DNA from: Octopus vulgaris
Taxonomy: Eukaryota
DNA length: 64,000 nt
NCBI GenBank assembly: GCA_951406725.2
Contig: OX597818.1
Span: forward strand, 87,792,001 to 87,856,000
Direction: 5' to 3'
A program made the translations under genes and the position numbers. The notes below the pieces were generated by a model. The model saw only the letters and a list, made by a program, of their open reading frames with translations, was not told where the DNA came from and ran no database searches. Shown here one piece after another: positions 57,370-64,000 of the stretch (position 1 is the first letter of the stretch; each line of letters begins with the position of its first letter).

Positions 57370-58296
57370 TCAATAAATTCTATAATTATGAGTATAATTA
57401 TAATTAGGGTTCAGCAAAATGTGCTTCACCACATACCGAAATTTAGAAATAGCAGTTAAAACTACTATTCTGCTACCATAAGATATCTCCCAGACAGTAA
57501 TACTCAACAACCCACGTAGGTAAAGAGAAAAAAAATAACGAATCCACCCGGCTCTTATTAACTGTATACGCGCTTCGGAGTTAGAGAAACGTGAAAAATG
57601 TAAAACCATATTTCTACTCACTCATTCTCTTCATCAGCACAGTATTTCAAATTTCAAATTTTAGAGCATTGGTAATTAACATACGTATTTGACCAAGTGC
57701 CATCAAACAGCATATATCCAAAGACCAGTTCTTCCGAATTCAAACAGACGAATGAGATCTAGTATTCCTCCTCTCTCACCCACGTGTGAAAACGTGTAAA
57801 AATTCCGCAGAAACTTCAGTTTACTATCAGGAGAGAATTATATTATCAATAATAATAAAGGGCAAAATTAATTAATTAATTAAATGATTAATTAATAATT
57901 AATAATTTTACCAAGTAGTTCGGTATGTTAAAAGAACCATTATCGGTAAACTTATACAAAAAGTCTAAGCTATACAAAAATTATGAGTATAATTATAATT
58001 AGAGTTCAGCAAAATTTGGTTCACCACATACCAAAATTTAGAAATAGCAGTTAAGACTACTATTCTACTTCCATAAAACATCACCCAGACAGCAATACTC
58101 AACAACTCACGCAGGTAAAGAGAAAAAAAAATAACGAATCCTGCTTGAGTTATTGAGTATTGCTGTCTGGGAGATATCTTATGGTAGTAGAATAGCAGTT
58201 TTAACTGCTATTTCTAAATTTCGGTATGTGGTGAGCAAATTTTGCTGAACCCTAATTATAATTATACTCATAATTATAGAAGTTTTGTATAAGTTT
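57370..58296. mobile_element. Second PLE-type pLTR family: two direct copies plus one inverted copy
   Basis: 57380-57545 and 57980-58140 are direct copies; 58141-58296 is inverted. Another copy at 31745-31920. Contains an HHR and a GTATGT..CTAAT..TAG intron. Confidence 0.7.
57562..57642 (-). ncRNA. Hammerhead ribozyme with one core mutation
   Basis: CTGTG-CTGATGA-AGAG...CTCC-GAA-GCGCGT-A-TACAG. Confidence 0.65.
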
Positions 58297-58499
58297 GTAC
58301 ACAAAAGAGACCGATAGAATAAGTACTAAGCTTACAAAGAATAAATTCTGGCGTCGCGGTGCTCCAGCATGGCCACAGTCAAATGGCTGAAACGAGTAAA
58401 AGAGTAAAAGAAAAAAGAGGAATAGTAGCTTTACTGTGTTTCAAGCAAACGGAGGCACTTTCGCAATTTGCGTGTATATTCATGTGGTGATGTGTCTGA

Positions 58500-58835
<336 letters not shown>

Positions 58836-59415
58836 GTAAAATACTACTGCCTTGCGTGAATGGTGGGGGGTAGTTTTGGTGGAGATTTTCTTAGAGCGTA
58901 CAGCGTGGGGTTGGGTACAAAACGGGTAGCGAATGTGAAGTCTTTCTTTACGGAGTGGGGGTGTACTGTTCATAGGTTTATTACTTTCAGAAATAAAGAA
59001 AAAGATCTCTTTGGTTGTGGAAAAAATGATCAGCCGCTGTTTGAGAGACCAAAGAACTTTCAGGCTGCGTGATGCATGGACATATATCCTCTGCGGTTCA
59101 AATCATTGCTAAAATTGAAATGTGTGTGTATCCTATTTTGTAACCGTTGCCATTACTTTTCCGAGGCTACATATTTGCCGTGTGGGGAGCCATATGCGCT
59201 TTCTGTATACTGCCTTCTCAGTTTTTTTTTTCGCTTTTCTTCACTCATTCAATTTTTTTAGCTACTTATGGTATGTGGTTTGTTCCTGAAGAATATGTTT
59301 GAGATATATCTCAACATATGAATCAATTAATAGCACTTAAAGATATGTATTGTGTTTTTAAATAAATAATATTTATCTCACTAGATGGAGTACAATGTTT
59401 GCACGGAACAGTACA

Positions 59416-59453
<38 letters not shown>

Positions 59454-60054
59454 GTATAAACATTATATATAAAATTGGACAAGAACGCAAAAAACACACA
59501 GAGACGACACAAAGAACCGGATCGTCCTAGCAAATTTCGGCTGATTAATCCTGATATCGCTCAGATCCGGTCAGCCCCAAGGAAAAACGAAGCTGCGAGC
59601 ATTAGATTTCTTAGAAAAAGGATCGAATGTATACGAAACAAGGACAGAAAAACGGACGATGCCACACGAATATAAGTACAGAAAACAAAAATAAAATTAA
59701 AAACAAGAATGGTAATAACAGGACAAAAACAGCGGGTGTCTTACGACTTTAGACAATTGAACTTATCTTAGCGGGCGTATTTTGAAATAAATGCCTTTTC
59801 GGCAGAGGAAAAGAGAAGCCGTGTTGTCACAGCAGCGGTCACCAGCGGAAAGGCTAGTTAACCAGCAGGTCACGTGAGAGTAGAGAAGAAGAGACAGAAA
59901 AAAAAAAACAAGGGGGCAAAGGAATCAAAGAGAGAGAGGGAGGGGCGAAGAAACAGAGCGCGCCAAAAGATTGGCTTGGCAATAGAATCAATGGGGCAAA
60001 GTGAGAAAGACAGAGAAATGTGAGAGAGTGGGGGAAGAGGAGACAAAAGGAATC

Positions 60055-60163
<109 letters not shown>

Positions 60164-60281
60164 TTCTCTATAAAGAATACACTTTATAGTGCTTAAGGGG
60201 TTTAAACTTGAGCAGGTAGAGGAGTAAATGTAAGGATAAGCATCTTTAATCTTTCTGTGAACACCTCAAATGTAAAATTCT

Positions 60282-60372
60282 TTCCTGAAGAAGGGTGCTG
60301 GTATTATCCGACGCTGGAATAATTTTACAATTATTATTTTGGACAACCAAACCCCCAGAAACAGCTGTTGGA
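60282..60372 (+). ncRNA. Hammerhead ribozyme with long stem II
   Basis: TTC-CTGAAGA-AGGG...CCCCA-GAA-ACAGCTGT-T-GGA. Confidence 0.6.
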
Positions 60373-60680
60373 CCCGTAAAATGTTTATTCTACCCCTTTA
60401 AATCCTGATATCATTTTTATTCTGTATGTAAACATATATACATTCTGTATTTTAAACGTATATATATATATATATATATGACCGCGTGTGTACCGTTGGC
60501 GATTTTTTACCTCTGTCTTCCCTTCTCCTATGTTTCCAACGAAGAGCTCCGCTCGAAAGTTAAACCTTCCTTCTTTCCTTCTTTCCTGAGCGTCTAATAA
60601 TACTATATTTGTTCCACGTCCTCGCGTTGTTGTGTTTTTTTGTGCTTTGTTGTTTGGATTAACTTTATATATATGTATAT

Positions 60681-60769
<89 letters not shown>

Positions 60770-61402
60770 TGTATGTATATACCAGCTGCTGCAGAAATCA
60801 AACCCAAGCACTTATGATCGGTGTTCAATGACCTAACCGTTGGGCCAAGCGCCTTTATACATGCCTGAATACAGACAGAAACGAAAACATACACATACAT
60901 ACAAACACTTACATGTATGGATGTGTTGAATGGGAAGGTGTGTTTGTAGGTGATCTGTGATTGATGTCCAGATACCAGTCTATTCAACAACAGTGTATAT
61001 TTATCAAACCAACCACATCTACATATATTTTGCTAAAATATGCCACTTGAGATGGCATCATTCAATATTGAGTCTGTGGGGACTTCGTGTAAATATGCCT
61101 TACATACATATACGCAGCCGGAGTTTTTTTCTTTCTCACCTTCCCACTCTCTCTATCACAGTCTCTGCATATATACATATGTACATGCATATATCATATC
61201 ATTATCATGTACATACATACCTACATACATACATACATACATGTATGTATGTATATATATATGTAGATACACAATGCACACACATATATACTTACATATA
61301 TATCTGCATATGTATATGTACACGCAGACAGACACACGTATATACATATCAAGGGAGATAGTATATAAGTATATATTATGTGTGTGCATGTGTACATACA
61401 TA

Positions 61403-61466
<64 letters not shown>

Positions 61467-61858
61467 TATATAGACACACACACATATACATATATATTTA
61501 TATATATATACACACACATATATTTATATATGCATATATGTGTATATGTATGAGAGAGCGAGTGAGAAAGAGATAGAAAGAGTACGGAGCAAAGTAAGGT
61601 TGATTAACGAACATCCGGTTAATATATTCGGGGGTGCATGACTAATAAGTGGAGTTTGTTTGTTTGGGTAGAAATAGTGTCATCATAATATTAGGTTAGC
61701 CTAAACCAAGGTGGAGATTTACTGCGACGGTACCAAAAAACAGACAGTATACTCACACATGGTACACACTGACACACACCAACGCACACGTCCACACACA
61801 CACATAGACATTTACACGTGCGTATCTATATGTGAATATATATATGCATACACATGTA

Positions 61859-61904
<46 letters not shown>

Positions 61905-61994
61905 TACATTTATCTAACTCACGCTCTTTCGCTCTCTCTCCGTGTCTCTTTCTCTCTCTCTCTGTATAAATATGTATATATGTATATATATATA

Positions 61995-62066
<72 letters not shown>

Positions 62067-62188
62067 TATTTTCTTTTTCTTCTTTTCTCTGTTTTTTGAA
62101 TTGCCCATACGCACACACACATATATATGTATATATACATATGTATATATGTGTATGCATATATGTATGTATAGATGTATGTGTGTAC

Positions 62189-62226
<38 letters not shown>

Positions 62227-62254
62227 GTATGCATATATACATATATGTATGTTA

Positions 62255-62305
<51 letters not shown>

Positions 62306-62382
62306 ATAGGCATATATATAAATTTATAATGTATATGTATAAATATGTTACGTATATATATATATATATATATATACATACA

Positions 62383-62422
<40 letters not shown>

Positions 62423-62734
62423 CACACACATACATATATAATCACGCAGAATGAAAGAAAACTAATATTAACTAAAACACACTCACACAAATTATATATA
62501 CATATACACTCCATCTTTCTTCTTATACGAACTGGTTTCATGTTGATATTTGTTCTTATTCGCAGTTCGCCTTTGATCGTGTTCTTTTCGCCTTTCTTTT
62601 CTTTCTTTTCTTACAGCAATACACAAACTTTCGTCTATCGTCACGAAATTTTTTTCGAAAATAAAACTCCTGACATTGGTTAGTCGTTGTGTCTTCTTTC
62701 CGAACCTTGACAATGAATTGAATAGAATATTATA

Positions 62735-63294
62735 TTGGGTTGTCCGGAAAGTTCGTGCCAATTTTTAAAGGAAAGAAAAAGGCCAATAAATTCTTGCCAT
62801 TACATTTTTAATCAACTAAATATGAACCATTTTGTTGCACAATGCGTCTCCATCTTCCCTTTAATTTGAAAATACCCTCTTCCCAGAATTGAGGTGGTTT
62901 CATCACAAAGAATTCATCAAGGTATCTTTTTACGTCATCCAACGATTTGAAATTTTTACTGTCAAGACTACTCTGCGGAGACCTGAATAAGTGGAAATCC
63001 GAAGGAGCAATATCTGGTGAATATGGAGGGTGGGGTAACACATCCCAGCCGAGCTGCAGCAATTTTTGTCTGGTTCCCAAAGCATCAAGTACCGAAAATG
63101 AACTTTCTTATCTTCTTTTTAAGGGGTTACAGAATTAACACAGGTTATAGGAACATAAACCTTCTTCCACGAAAAGATAGCTTAAACTGTGCTCTAAATG
63201 GAGGTGGAGTGAAATCCTATTTTATAGACTCAACCATTTTCTAAAATAAGTCGAAAGGTAAGCTACTTCGGCACGAACTTTCCGGACAATCCAC
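62735..63294 (-). mobile_element. Internally deleted mariner (DD34D, mellifera-like)
   Basis: TIRs TTGGGTTGTCCGGAAAGTTCGTGCC, TA TSDs. N-terminal EDKKVHFRYLMLW joined to LGWDVLPHPPYSPDIAPSDFHLF...NGSYLVD*. Confidence 0.9.
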
Positions 63295-63306
63295 TAGACA
63301 CCTCAA

Positions 63307-63520
63307 CAGCGATGAGCTGACAGAATCGTTGGGACGGTGGGTAAAATGCTTAACGGCATTTCATCCATCCTTTAAGCTATGAATTCAAATTTCGCTGGTG
63401 TCGGTTTTGCCTTTCATCCTTCCATGTTCGATAAAATAAGTACCAATCAAGCACCGGAGTTGATCCAATCGAATTACCCCCGTCTCCAAAATTGCTGGCA
63501 TTGTGCCAAAGTTTGTAACT
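63307..63520 (+). mobile_element. SINE family D (also 35270-35410 +; 36640-36830, 37330-37525, 46150-46402 -)
   Basis: Shared central GCCTTTCATCCTTTCGGGGTCGATAAA..AGTACC domain downstream of a B box (GTTCAAAT). Confidence 0.75.
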
Positions 63521-64000
63521 AATATTATAGGTGACACACTTCTAGTTTTATTTTATTTTTACTGAACGGTTTTACCAGAATTAAATGATTGATAACTAGT
63601 ATGATATGATTGATGTCTCTGGTAGTCTGAGAAAGACCGTTCTGCAATTTCTTGCAGAATTGATTTGTTTATAGTGATCAAGTGTTTGTGCTGTAGATTA
63701 GATCACACCCTCCATCGAATCAACGTTGCCCGAGGAAGTGCGTGGTGTATCACACGCCAGGTGTTAAAGTGATGGTAGAATAACGTGAGCTGAAGTGTTT
63801 TGCTTACAAGATGTAAAAGCTGGAGCATAGTGAAAGGAAATGCTGTGCACAAAGGCTCACTCTGTCGTCTTATTTGGAAATTGATTCCACTGGAATTGAA
63901 ACCATGATCTTGCGATCGTGAGTGCAACACCCTGACCACTAGATCATGCGCCCTCACGATAGCTAGAATAATGATGCATTTATTCATTCTGAATACATTA

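Noticed and set aside
59470-59760. Hammerhead in the repeat shared with 42290-42410 and 55678-55852
   Set aside because: A GGCTG/CAGCC-GAAA stem is present but there is no correctly placed CUGANGA core; left unclassified.

Overview
Repeat-saturated, AT-rich eukaryotic DNA. The SINE families and dense (TA)n/(CA)n/(TATG)n/(TATC)n microsatellites suggest a coleoid cephalopod, probably Octopus (inference). No host protein-coding gene is supported; nearly all listed ORFs are microsatellite translations. The main feature is a near full-length Penelope-like retroelement (PLE, Naiad-like, minus strand ~16535-20077). It has an RT + GIY-YIG ORF broken by one frameshift, an Asp-to-Asn change in RT motif A, a 5' intron and a hammerhead ribozyme (HHR) in its 3' pLTR, and it is nested in the (TA)n core of a SINE. 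About a dozen more HHR-like motifs lie in short PLE pLTR fragments, mostly next to (TA)n tracts, several as inverted repeats (best: ~620-bp palindrome at 53952-54573). The most notable observation: two PLE families with different sequences each have a short 5' intron whose splice donor is complementary to a 10-12 nt 'anti-donor' just downstream of the acceptor, near the AUG. This is a candidate RNA switch for intron retention. Also present: L1/Tx1, R4/Dong and CR1-type LINE fragments, DD37D (maT) and mariner transposons, a MULE-like MITE with a 10-bp TSD, Helitron remnants and several tRNA-derived SINE families. All alignments and pairings were made by eye; repeat boundaries are approximate.
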